From NCBI RefSeq assembly GCF_963921235.1, contig NC_086107.1:93684001-93748000 (forward strand): a stretch of DNA of 64,000 bases, given 5' to 3'. The number at the start of each line of letters is the position of its first letter. The stretch's first letter is position 1. Under the pieces are notes generated by a model. The model had not been told where the DNA came from. It saw nothing but the letters and a program-made list of their open reading frames with translations, and did not search any database. Below, piece after piece: positions 10,645 through 22,432 of this stretch. Position numbers and translations under genes: made by a program. The DNA is from Mobula hypostoma (Eukaryota).

Positions 10645-13185
10645 ACAGAATCAGCCTCACGTTTAATATCACTGGCATATGTCGTGAAATTTGTTGTGCT
10701 GTGGCAGTGGTACATTGTAATCTGTAATAAAAAGAACAATAAATTACGATTAGAAGTATGTATCAAAATGAATTAAATAAGTACTGCAAGTAGAGAGAAA
10801 AAAAGGAAAAATTAGGCAGTGTACATGGGTTCATTGTCCATTCAGAAATCTGATGGTGGGGGGGGAATAAGCTGTTCCTGAGAAGTTGAGTGTGTGTCTT
10901 CAGGGTCCTGAATATCCTCCTTGATGAAGGAGAAGAGGGCATGTCTTGGGTGATGGGGGTCCTCAGTGATGGATGTTACATTTTTGAGGCATCTCCTTTT
11001 GAAGATCGGCCGGCTGGTGGCGTAGTGGCATCAGCGCCGGACTTCAGAGCGAAGGCTCCCGAGTTTGGATCCAGCTGGCTCCCTTGCACGCTTTCCATCC
11101 GTGCTGGGTTGAGTGTTGAGCTAGCAACTCGGCCTCATAAAAATAAGAAAGCCTGCTAAAAAGACGCCGTCATGTCGGCGTCCCAAAGACTCCACTCGGA
11201 GTTAAGGGCTTTCTTCTTCTTCTTTCTTCCTTTTGAAGGTGTCCTCAATGATGGGGAGGCTGGTGCCCACGATGGAGCTGGAAGAGTCTGCAGCTTTCTG
11301 CAGCTTTTTCCAATCCTGAGCAGTGGCCCTTCCGTACCAGATGGTGATGCAAACAGTTAGAATGCTCTCCACAGTACATCTGTAGAAATTTATGAAAGTC
11401 TTTGGAAGCATACCAAACTCCTAATGAGGTATAGCGCTGTCATGCCTTCTTTGTAATTGCGTCAATATGTTGGGCTCAGGATAGATCTTCAGAGACGCTG
11501 ACACCTAGGAATTTGGAAATGCACCCTGTCCACTGTATCCTTTTAGAGCAGACAAGTGGCAGATGAAATTTAATCAGAGCCCTTTCCATTGCTGATCCCT
11601 CAATGAGATGCATTCCCTCGACTTCCCCTTCCTGAACTGCACAATCAGTTCTTTGGTCTTGCTGACACAGAGTGCCAGGTTGTTGCTTCAACACCACTCA
11701 ACTAGCTGATCTACCTTGCTCCTGTAGACCTCTCCGTCACCATCTGAAATTCTGCCAGCAATACTCGTGTCATCGGCAAATTTACAGATGCTGTTTGAGC
11801 TGTGCCTAGCCACACAGTCATGGGTGTAAAGGGAGTAGAGAATTGGACTAACCGTCCATCTGTGAGATGTGCTAATGTTGATTGTCAGTGAGGAGGAGAG
11901 GTTAATTCTGACTCAGAGTTAACAAGTTTCACGTCACCTGCCGGTGATAATAAACCTGATTCTGATTCTGATCCTCTGACCGCGGTCTCCTCGTAAGGAA
12001 GTCAAGGATTCAGTTGTAGAGGGAGGTACACAAGCCCAGGTTTTGGAGCTTGCCGATTAGAACCGAGGGTACAATTGTGTTGAACGCTGAGCTGTAGTCA
12101 ATAAACAGCAATCTGATATAGGTACTGCTATTGTCCGGGTGATCTGTGGCCGAGTGAAGAGCTGTATCCATTGTAGACCTATTGGGGTAATAGGCAAATT
12201 ACAGCAGGTCCAGGTATCTCTCAGGCAGGAGTTGATTCTGGCCATGACCAACCTGTCAAAGAATTCCTTCACAGTAGATGCGAGTGCGAGTGGGTGATAA
12301 TTGTTGAGGCAGCTCACACTGCTCTGCTTGGCCACTGGTATGATTGTCGCCCTTTTGAAGCAGCCGGGAAACCCTGACTGCAGCAGTGAGAGACTGAAGG
12401 TGTCCTTGAACACTTGGTTGGCACAGGTTTTCAGAGCCCTGCCAGGTACACCATCAGGGCCTGATGCCTTGCGGGGGTACATGATCCATGAAAGATATTC
12501 TGATGTCAGCCTCTGGGACAGAATATCACAGGGTAACTGGAACTGCAGGAATCCTCATAACTGCTGTTTTATTCTCCCTCTCAAAGTGTGCGTAAACAGC
12601 GCTGAGCTCATCTGGGAGTGAACCGTCACTCCCATTCACGATGTTAGGTTTCACCTTGTAGGAAGTAACAGTCTGCAAACCCTGCCAGAGTTGTGTGCAT
12701 CCGATTCCATCTCAAACTTCAATTGGAATCGTTTCTTCACTTTTAAAACAGCCTTCCGTAGGTTGCACTTGGACTTCTTGAATAGTCCTGGGTCACCAGT
12801 CTTGAATGCCACAGATCTATCCCTCAGCAGGCTTTGAACTTCCTGGTTCAGTCTAGGCTTTTGGTTTGGGTATGTCCAGAATGTTCTTAAAGGCACACAC
12901 TCACCCACACAGGTCTTGACAAAGTCGGTGATGACTGTGGCGTATCCATTCAGATCAAAAGATAAATCCCCGAATATTGCCCAGTCCAGCAACTCAAAGC
13001 AGTCCTGTATGCACCCCTCCACCGCTCTTGACCATACCTTCTTGGTCCTCACCATTGGTGCTGCGGTCTTTAAACTCTGCCGATCCACCGGGAGTAGAAA
13101 TACAGCCCAATGATCGGACTTTCCAAAGTGTGGGCATGGGATAGCATGGTAAGCGTTCTTGATGGTGGTATAACAGTCTAACCTA
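10645..13185 (-). mobile_element. Rex1/Babar LINE, long degenerate copy (end of APE, RT remnants, 3' UTR)
   Basis: LDCYTTIKNAYHAIPCPHFGKSDH (APE), RKASGPDGVPGRALKTCA and CLNNYHPLALAS (RT N-terminus), FYRCTVESILTVCITIWYG. Many frameshifts. Confidence 0.9.
11007..11227 (+). mobile_element. tRNA-derived SINE with (TTC)n tail
   Basis: A box TGGCGTAGTGG and B-box-like GAGTTTGGATCC. TSD TCCTTTTGAAG at 10994-11004 and 11228-11238. Confidence 0.85.
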
Positions 13186-13436
13186 TCATATAACACATAC
13201 CATAAGCTATTGTATAACACAGCCTAATCCATCATGAAAACCCTCAATGGACTCTGTCTATATCTCTCACTGCTTTAGGAAAGTAGCCAATATCATTAAG
13301 GACCCTGGTTATTCTCAGCTCTCCCCATCCTTCCAATGAGCAGGTATTTCACAATAGATATTTAATAAACAGATGCTGCAATTTGTCAGTAATTCTGAAG
13401 GATGCCAGGTGTAATTTGATGGCTCTGATGTATTCA

Positions 13437-13817
13437 CTAGAATCTGGAAGAATGAGGGGTGACCTCGTTGAATCCTATTGAATGGTGAAAGGCTTTATTA
13501 GAGTGGATGTGGAGAGGATGTTTCCCATGGTGGGAGAGTCTAAGACCAGAGGGCACGGCCTCAGGATAGAGGGGTGGCCTTTTAGAACAGAGATGAGGAA
13601 GAATTTCTCCAGCCAGAGAGTGGTGACTGTGGAATTCTTTGCCAGCTGTGGAGGCCAAGTTTATATGTATATTTAAGGCAGATGTTGATAGATTCTTGCT
13701 TGGTCTGAAGGGATACAGGCAGAAGACAGGAGATTGGGGACGAGAAGGAAAATGGATCAGCCGTGATGAAATGGCGGAGCAGACTCGATGGGCCAAATGG
13801 CCTAATTTTGCTCCTAC
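13437..13817 (+). mobile_element. CR1 3' fragment
   Basis: RVDVERMFPMVGESKTRGHGLRIEGWPFRTEMRKNF. Confidence 0.9.
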
Positions 13818-14211
13818 TGTATATTTGTCATTCAGAGTCAGATGTACTTGTCACAGGTACATCGAAACCTATAGTGAAATGTGTCATTTCTGTGAACAAC
13901 CAACACAACCAAGAATGTGCTGGGGGCTGCCCACAAGTGTTGCCACACATTTTGGTGCCAGCATACCATGCCCACAAGCCCCTTTTCCACTCGCCCACCC
14001 ACCCATTCACATACGGTACACAAACCCCAGCACAAGCCAGCTCCAGGCCTCCAGTCCTTGGCCCCAGACTATCAGACTTCAGGCATTGGGCTTCCCACCT
14101 CCAGTCTCTGGACCATATTCGCATATGTGACCTTTTGGCCTGTATCTCCAGACTCTCTGACTTTGGTCTTCGACCTTGGTGCTTTCTACGTGCAGAGTCA
14201 CCTGCTCTGTC

Positions 14212-15640
14212 AGTAACTTTAAATCCCTTGGCGTTGTAATATCAGAGAACCTGTACTGGGATCAACACATAAGTGCCATTTTAAAGAAGGCATGGCAATG
14301 CCTCTACTTTTTTAGAAGTTTGTGCAGATTCAGCGGGTCTTCTAAAACTTGGACCAACTTCTATTGGTGCACAGCGGAGTGTATCCTGACTGGTTGCATC
14401 ACGGCCTGGTGTGGAAGCACCAATGCTCAGAAATGGGAAAGCCGACATAAAACAGTGGATACAGCCCTGTCCATCACAAACAAAACCGTCCTCACCGTAA
14501 AGCGCATCTACAAGAAGAGATGCGACCAGAAAGCAGCACCCTCCCCCCCCGCCCCCACCATCTAGACCATGCTCTCATCTCATTGGTGCCAGTGGGCAGG
14601 AGGTACAGGAGCCCTAGGTCCCACGCCACCAGGTTCAGGAACATCTGAGGAGGGAGAAGATGGCAGCACAACGGCAGCACACGCAGCCACTTCGGTGATG
14701 AATATCTGTTATCTGTCAAGTAGGGGACCGTGCACAATTCTGATTTGATGGAGACGGATGTGAGAGTACGGAGGAACATCTGGAAAACTTCTGAAATGCC
14801 CGCTTCGCTGCAGCTGCTACTGTGCGGTAACCAGAGTCTCCGGAGCAGAAGGCCCCGAAATCCTCAGCTTTGCGTGTTTCAGCAGCCAGAGCTAGGCAGA
14901 GGATGGCGCTCGGGAGGCTGTATCGGAGAGGCTCGAAGTTTTCGGATGGACGGACTCAGTGTCAGCTGTGGTCGGCTGCTTCCAAGGCATCAGCAAGTTG
15001 ACGGTGCCTGGAGGTTTATGGCAGGGAGTTTCTCCCTTTTGCCGCCTGCTATCGGGGACTCGGGAGTAGATCGACTCGGAGACTTTTGAGACTTTATTTA
15101 CCATGCCCATGGTTTGTTCTTCATCAAATTATGGTATTGCTTTGCACTGCTATAACTATATGTTATAATTATGTGGTTCTGTCAGTGTTAGTCTTTGGTT
15201 TGTCCTGTTTTCAAGTGATATCACTCCAGAGAAACATTGTATCATTTCTTAATCATTTCTAGATGACAATAAAAGAGGACTGAGTGTTCTCATAATCTAA
15301 TTTACTACTCTGCAACCATCCGGCTCCCGAACTAGCCTGGATAACTCCACTCACCTCAACCCGAAACTGACTCCACAACCTACAGACTCTCTTTCAAGGG
15401 CTCTGCAGCTTATATTCTCGGAGTTATTTATTTATTATCATCTGTTTTGTTTGTATTTGCATCATTTGTCTTCTTTTGCACATTGGTTGTCTGTCAGTCT
15501 CTGTTTTAGTGTAGTTTTTCATGACTCTGTTGTATTTCTTTGTTCTACTGTGAATGCCTACAAGTAAATGAATCTCCGTGTAGTATGTGGTGGCATATAC
15601 GTACATGCTCTGATAATAAATTTACTTTGAACTTTGAACT
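14212..15640 (+). mobile_element. Rex1/Babar 3' fragment interrupted by family A
   Basis: FKSLGVVISENLYWDQHISAILKKAWQCLYFFRSL...ILTGCITAW, and a (CTTTGAA)n tail. Confidence 0.85.
14648..15300 (+). mobile_element. Family A retroposon, full-length copy
   Basis: GAGAAGATGGCAGC start and GAGGACTGAGTGTTCTCATAATCTAA end. Confidence 0.8.
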
Positions 15641-15964
15641 TCAGCCTGATTTTGACAAGTTCAGTTGGAGAGACTAACAATACGAGTCACATGTCAGACA
15701 GCACCAGATTTAATGGACTGGTCAGATGTTCCCTTTGTGTTTTATTTATTTGCAGGATTGTAGGTGCACTTAAGCAAGACCTGTTCCTGGAGATGGTGGG
15801 AGGAGGACCCTCACACTAGTCCTTTTGCTGAATAGACATCTGCCCTCTACATGGGCACCTTAGTCATGTGGGATTTGATGGGGATGTGAGGTGCAAGTTA
15901 TCTATTTTAGTTTCAGGACCTGTGGGTCCAGACAAAACTTTTGGTCTGTAGAGCAGTCATCCTT

Positions 15965-17800
15965 CCTAAGCTGAATCATGGACCCCCTATAGAAGGCATC
16001 TGAAAGCCCTGGAACAACACAACCTAAGATCCTTACAAAAGATTTTGAGGATCAACTGGAAGGACAGACACACTAACACCAGCAAACTAGAGGAGGCCAA
16101 CATGAAGATCATCTCCACCCCCAGCACCCAGGGTATGCCCTTTTCTCACTGTTACCATCAGGTAGGAGGTACAGAAGCCTGAAGGCACACACTCAGCGAT
16201 TCAGGAACAGCTTCTTCCACTCTGCCATTCGATTCCTAAATGGACATTGAACCCTTGAGCACTATCTCACTTTTTTAATATATATTATTTCTGTTTTTGT
16301 ACAGTCTTTAATCTATTTGATATATGTAATTGATTTATTTATTTATTTATTTGTTATTATTGTATTTTTTTCTTCTATATTATGGATAGTGTGGAGGGCT
16401 GTCAGAGGTTACAGCAGGACATTGATAGGATGCAAAGCTGGGCTGAGAAGTGGCAGATGGAGTTCAACCCAGATAAGTGTGAGGTGATTCATTTTGGTAG
16501 GTCAAATATGATGGCAGAATATAGTATTAATGGTAAGACTCTTGGCAGTGTGGAGGATCAGAGGGATCGTGGGGTCTGAGTCCATAGGACACTCAAGGTT
16601 GCTGCACAGGTTGATTCTGTGGTTAAGAAAGCATACAGTGCATTGGCCTTCATTAGTCGTGGGATTGAATTTAGGAGCCAAGAGGTAATGTTGCAGCTAT
16701 ATAGGACCCTGGTCAGACCCCAGTTGGAGTACTGTGCTCAGTTCTGGTCACCTCACTACAGGAATGATGTGGAAACTATAGAAAAGGTGCAGAGGAGATT
16801 TATAAGGTTGTTGCCTGGATTGGGGAGCATGCCTTATGAGAATAGGTTGAGTGAACTCGACGTTTTTTCCTTGGAGCAATGGAGGATGGCAGGTGACCTG
16901 GTGGAGGTGTGTAAGATGATGAGAGGCATTGATCATGTGGATAGTCAGAGGCTTTTTCCCAGGGCGGAAATGGCTAACACAAGAGGGTACAGTTTTAAGG
17001 TGCTTGGAAGTAGGTACAGAGGAGATATATGAGGGGTAAGTTTTTTACTCAGAGAGTGGTGAGTGTGTGGAATGGGCTGCCGGTGACGGTGGTGGAGGAG
17101 GATACGATCGGGTCTTTTAAGAGACTCCTGGACAGGTACATGGAGCTTAGAAAAATAGAGAGCTATGGGTAACACAGGTAATTTCTAAAGTAAGGACATG
17201 TTCGGCACAGCTTTGTGGGCCGAAGGGCCTGTATTGTGCTGTAGTGTTTCGATGTTTCTATTATGTATTGCATTGAATTGCTGCTGCTAAGTTAACAAAT
17301 TTCACGGCACATGCCGGTAATAATAATCCTGATTCTGGTTCTGATAAGCAACACCGGATCCAATGGATGGGTCATGTCATCCAGATACCTAGCTCACGTT
17401 TCCCCAAATAGATCCTTTGCTCCAGCTGAAGGGAGGTCAGCAAACCCCTAGTGGGCAAAGGAAACATTTCAAAGATGACATCAAAATCAGCCTGAAGAAA
17501 TTCACACAGGAGGACACTGCACTCAACCGATACACCCAGAGGAAATTTGTTCAAGAAGGAGCCTCATTACATATGAATGGCCTCCGCTGTGCCACAGAAA
17601 ACAAGCAGTTGTTGTGAAAGGAAAGACTGAACAAAGTAAAGAGCCAACCTCTAACCACAGCCACCCCTTACTGGTGCCCACACCGCACCAGAACACGTGG
17701 ATCTCCGATCGGCCTCTACCGTCACTTGCAGGCTGACCAATAGACGAGCCCTCGAGAGAACATCATGCTTGACTCAAGTGATCGCACTCAACTGCTACTG
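15965..17800 (+). mobile_element. RTE-clade LINE 3' fragment, split by Rex and CR1 insertions
   Basis: KILRINWKDRHTN at ~16040 resumes at ~17350 as WMGHVIQ...GQRKHFKDDIKISLKK, followed by a C-terminal CPH...GLYRH zinc-finger remnant. Confidence 0.75.
16385..17260 (+). mobile_element. CR1 LINE, 5'-truncated, nested in a Rex 3' UTR
   Basis: LQQDIDRMQSWAEKWQMEFNPDKCEVIHFG and LYRTLVRPQLEYCAQFWSPHY. TATTATG is duplicated at both ends. Confidence 0.92.
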
Positions 17801-18084
17801 AATCTATTTTAGTGCTGAGGGACCTTGTGCTTGATATTAAAATGTGACTGACTCATTTGTGCTTTGTTCCGTTAGCTTTGAAGTCACAGAGAAGGCCTTT
17901 ATCTCCGCCACAGTGAGATGATAAAATACAAACAGGACTTGCTAGCTTGCGAGTTGAAATTAAGCAGCGCTGACACAGGGCTATTAACAACCCAGCTGCT
18001 GAAGTGTCTGAAACGATTATACCACTTGGCAGTTCCCACGACGTTAGGCCACAACCTTTATGTAGGCCTCAGTGTTGAAAGCTT

Positions 18085-18545
18085 CAGAGCAGGTGCTGAG
18101 GAGATTTACCAGGATGCCGCCCAGACGAGAGAGCACGTCTTATGAGAATAGGTTGAGCAAGCTAGGGCTTTTCGCTTTGGTGTGAAGGGCATTGAAAGGC
18201 AACTTGATAAAGGTGTACAAAATGATAAGGAACATCAATTGAGTGGGCAGCTGGAGACTGTAGCTAATGTGAGAGGGCATCATTTTAAGGTGATCGGAGG
18301 GGAGTATGTGGTGGGCAGGGGAACATCAGGCAGGTGTTTTACACAGAGAGTGCTGAGTCCGTGGTATGCCCCGCCAGGGGAGCTGGTAGAGTCAGATCCA
18401 TTAGGAACAGATAACAGACTCTTAGATAGGCACATAGATGAAAGAAAAATAGAGTGCTATGTAGGAGGGAAGGCGTAGACTTATCTCAGAGTAGGTTAAA
18501 AAGTCAGCACAATACTGCTGGCCTAAGAGCTCGTGCTGTGCTGTA
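18085..18545 (+). mobile_element. CR1 3' fragment
   Basis: RGHHFKVIGG...FTQRVL...LLDRHID remnants and a CR1 tail. Confidence 0.75.
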
Positions 18546-18807
18546 ACGTTGACTGTTCATTCATTTCCATGGATGCCGTCTGACCTGCTGAGCTCCACCA
18601 GCATTTTCTGGGTGTTGTTGTGCTGTAACGTTCTACGTTGTAAGCCCGGAAAAAGAACTGTGTGTGTTCACCCCATCGATGCCCCACATGACTTTACGCC
18701 ACCATTATTCGGCCGCCCATCTGTCTGCTGCGCTCCAAAGGAATAAGATCCTCGACTGCCCACAAATCAGGCCCTCAAGTCCTGGCAGCATCCAGGGGAA
18801 ACACAGA

Positions 18808-18945
18808 CAGTCACCTGATGAAGGGTCTCGTCCCGAAACGTCGACTCTTCATTCCTCTCCATAGATGCTGCCTGACCTGCTGAGTTCCTCCAGCATGTTG
18901 TGTGTGTTGCTCTGGATTTCCAGCATCGGCAGAATCTCTTGTCTT
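18808..18945 (+). mobile_element. Solo Penelope pLTR fragment with hammerhead motif
   Basis: CTGATGAAGGGTCTCGTCCCGAAACGTCGACT...agatgctgcctgacctgctgagttcctccagc. Confidence 0.8.
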
Positions 18946-19580
18946 CAAACCCTTTGGTTTTAAAATATCGGAGGATCTGCCTTGGGACAAACACATAAGT
19001 GTCATCATGAAGAAGGCAGGACAGAGAGTGGTGGGTGCGTGGAATGCATTGCTGGGGTGTTGGTGGAGGTCAATACTTGGGGATGTTTAAGAAAAACTTT
19101 GATCGGCATATGGATGATGGAAAAATGTGGGCCAAAGGGCCAGTAATATGCTGCAGTGTTCTGAGTTCTATTAAATCTCGACCCAAACGCAGGAATGCAT
19201 ACTCAGAACAAAAGAATAGAAAAAGAGGTGAAGAACAGGCTTTTATTGGAATTAGTTGGTTTTCAGATCCCTGCCGAGGGTCGTGGCAGATACATTAGTG
19301 ACATTTAAGAGATTCTTTGACAGACTCATGGATGATTGAAAAATGGAGGGCTACGTAGGAGGAACGGATTAGATTGACCTTAGATTAGGTTAAAAGGTCA
19401 AGGGTCAAAGGGCCTGTTCTGTGCCGCAATGATCTATGATCTGTGTTCTTTGCAACTGGGCTGATGTTTCTTGTGTAGATGCAGGAAACTCAGCAAGTGT
19501 CGAGGTTGCATTTCAGAACCAACTGAAATGATCATACCTAGAACACCGAATGACCAAATGTTGTCTGTTCTATTTACCTA

Positions 19581-19872
19581 GGGGTGGCACGTGGCCAAGT
19601 GGTTAGGGCGTTGGACTAGCAATTTGAAGGTCGTGGGTTCGAGGCTCAGTAGAGGCAGCGTGTGTGTCCTTGAGCAAGGCACTTAACCACACAATTCTCC
19701 ATGGGTTCCACAATGGGTACCGGCAAAAATGCTGGGGTTAATCTCGCGATAGACTGACGTCCTATCCGGGGTGGGGGGGGGGTGTCTCGTACTCTCAGTC
19801 ACTTCACGCCACAGAAACCGGCATAAGCACCAGCCTAATGGGCCACAAGGCTCGTGACAGACTTTAAACTAA
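19581..19872 (+). mobile_element. tRNA-derived SINE with CORE-like segment and distinct central domain
   Basis: A box TGGCCAAGTGG, B box GGTTCGAGGC, and gtccttgagcaaggcacttaacc. TSD TCTATTTACCTAGG at 19569-19582 and 19873-19886. Confidence 0.88.
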
Positions 19873-19889
19873 TCTATTTACCTAGGAAG

Positions 19890-20165
19890 TTCTCATCTGT
19901 GACCCTCACCAGATTTTACATACTGCAAGTGGCCGACTATAACCGAGTGCTTGAGATACTGCATGATGCGTCTCCAAACAAGAAAGAGTCCATCCCGATA
20001 CATTTCAAATCATAGTTGGGGATCTCAACCAGGCTTGTTCGAAGAGATCCCTGCCCAATTATTATCAGCATATAACCTATAGCACCTGAGGTCCCAACAC
20101 ACTACACTACCCTTATACTAAGAAAAAGAATACTTACTGCTCCATGCCCAGACCACATTTTGGGA
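19890..20165 (+). mobile_element. Rex1/Babar APE endonuclease fragment
   Basis: Translates to FQIIVGDLNQACS...YYQHIT...GPNTL...MPRPHFG, homologous to the APE part near 13100-13185. Confidence 0.7.
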
Positions 20166-20300
20166 ATCCAGCCAGGTCCCAACTGTTGCTGTTCACGACA
20201 ATGACTTGACGGTGAGAAGGCGGGAGAATGGGTTTGAGAGATAATAAATCAGACTCAATGGGCAGAATGGCCTAATTCCACTCCTATGTCTTATAGTCTG

Positions 20301-20760
20301 AAGCAACTGACACAAAGTGCAGGAGGAACTCAGCAGGCCAGCCAGCATCAATGGAAAAGAGTCAACAGTCAACGTTTCAGGCCAAGACCCTTCATCAGCA
20401 CAGGAAAGAAAACGGAGAAGTCAGGTTAAGAGGGTGGAGGGGGAGGGAGGAAGTATAAGGTGGCAAGTAATAGGTGAAACTGAGAGAGGGAAAGGGGTGA
20501 AGTAAAGAGCTGGGAAGTCGATTGGTAAAAAAAATAAAGGGACAGAGAAGGGGAATCTGACAGGAGAGGACAGAAGACCACAGAAGAAAGGGAAAGGGGA
20601 GGAGCACCAGAGGTGACGAGCAGGTAAAGAGATACGGTGAGGAAGGAAGGCAGGATTGGAAATGGTGAAGATTAGGGCGATTACCGTAAGCCTGAGAAAT
20701 CGATGTTTATGTCCTCGGGTTGCTTTGGATTTCCAGATTCTGCAGATTTTCTCGTGTTTG
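20301..20760 (-). mobile_element. Penelope-like 3' end/pLTR with inverted terminal tail
   Basis: Homologous to 46200-46590. Hammerhead at ~20366-20399 (minus). A plus-strand tail piece lies at 20718-20760. Confidence 0.8.
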
Positions 20761-21286
20761 TGAAGCGTGCTAATTTTAGTGACTAACTTATGTAACAGTC
20801 ATGATCGTCCTTCCCCTTCGTTAAACAAGCGGTATGACTCAATGTTAATGTAGCAGCCACTAAACCTTTGAACTGAGATTGACCCAACAGGGCAGTTAGT
20901 TTCCGATAAGAAATAATCACCTACTTAATTAGAGAACTTAATTAATGAGCCATCATTGAATGCCATTTCCTGTTCTACGGAGATTGCATTAACTGATAAT
21001 GAATGCGTACAGCTGTAGGAAAACACAGGAATAAATATTATCTTTAAAATTATGATTTCTTTCGTTTTGGTGCCAAATGGTTCTAAATCAAAGGCACACG
21101 CTTTGGAGGAGGAGGAACAATTTATGTGTCAGGGCTAGAATCACTGAAAAGGGGATAAATATGAGGGAGTGATGAGAGTACTGTAAACCAATGAGAAAAG
21201 AGGTCACTCAGTAAGAAACTGGCCGATTGGTTGCCGTTATTCAAGCTGTTGAGATTTTCCTCATAAGGGGTTGTGCTGATAAAATA

Positions 21287-21803
21287 CACTCAGAGGCCAC
21301 TTTATTAGGTACTGAGTGTTTTTCTGTAAGTTTGTGGTCTTCTGCTGTTGCAGCTTCGCACTTCAGGTTCAATAATAAATTCAGAGATGCTCTTCTGCAC
21401 ACCACTGCTGCAATGTGTGGTTATTTGAGTTACTGTCACCTTCCTGTCAGCTTGAACCAGTCTGGACATTCTCCTCTCTGACTTCTCTCATTAGCTCACC
21501 CACAGAACTAGCACTCACTGGGTGTTCTTGGTTTTTGCACCACTCTTTGTAAACTCTAAAGACTGTTGTGCATGAAAATCCCTGTTTCTGAGACACTCAA
21601 ACCACCCTGTCTGGCACCAACAATCATTCCATAGTCAAAGTCACTTGGATCACATTTCTTCCCCATTCTGATCTTTGGTCTGAACAACAACTGGACCTTT
21701 TGACCATGTCTGCATGCTCTTATGTACTAAGCTGATTGGCTGATTAGATATTTGCATTAACGAGCAGGTGTACAGGAGTACCTCAGAAAGTGGCCATCAA
21801 TGG
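21287..21803 (-). mobile_element. Tc1-family non-autonomous transposon
   Basis: Reverse copy of the 4533-5513 family, with TA-CACTCAGAGGCCACTTTATTAGGTAC at one end. Confidence 0.85.
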
Positions 21804-22149
21804 TAGTTCCCTGTATTAATTGTACTCAGTGCTATCAGTGTCATTTGGTGTACTTGGTGCTCCCAGCGCACTATCGACATCAGAGAGACCTGACAACTGG
21901 GAGGATGCTTCATTGAGCACCTTCACTCTGTCTGTTGTAAAAGCCCTTGCCCACCCAATTTAATGTCTGGCACTGAGGGCCGGTAGCTGTGTCAAAAAAT
22001 GTCCCTCTGATACCACTCATATTTTCTTGTGATGTAGAAGAAAGCCATTCAGCCCATCAGATACAAGAGTTATGTTGTCACCTTACAACTCTACAGGACA
22101 TTGATGAGACCTGATTTGGGTGTTTCACACAGTTAATTGATGTAGTTTC

Positions 22150-22432
22150 TTTGGAGATACAACGTGGAACCGGCTCTTGCAGCCCAATGAGCCGAACTGC
22201 CCAGCGACCCACCTATCTAACCCTAACCTAAATCACAGGACAGTTTACCATGACTAATTAACCTACCAACCTGTGCATATTTGGACTGTGGGAGGAAACC
22301 GGAGTACCCAGAGGAAACCCACACGGTTCCAAGGGACAAGGTCCTTACAGACAATACTGGAATTGAACTCCAAAATCCGGAAGGTGCTGAGCTGTAATAG
22401 CATTGCTCTAACCACCACGCTGCCGTGGTGCC
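22150..22432 (-). mobile_element. HE1-type V-SINE
   Basis: ttggactgtgggaggaaaccggagtacccagaggaaacccac is the reverse V domain. The tRNA-like head is at the right end. Confidence 0.85.

Noticed and set aside
19581..19655. tRNA gene-like sequence (also at 11008, 44480 and 51366)
   Set aside because: A and B boxes are present but run directly into SINE bodies with tails and TSDs. No complete cloverleaf or poly-T terminator.
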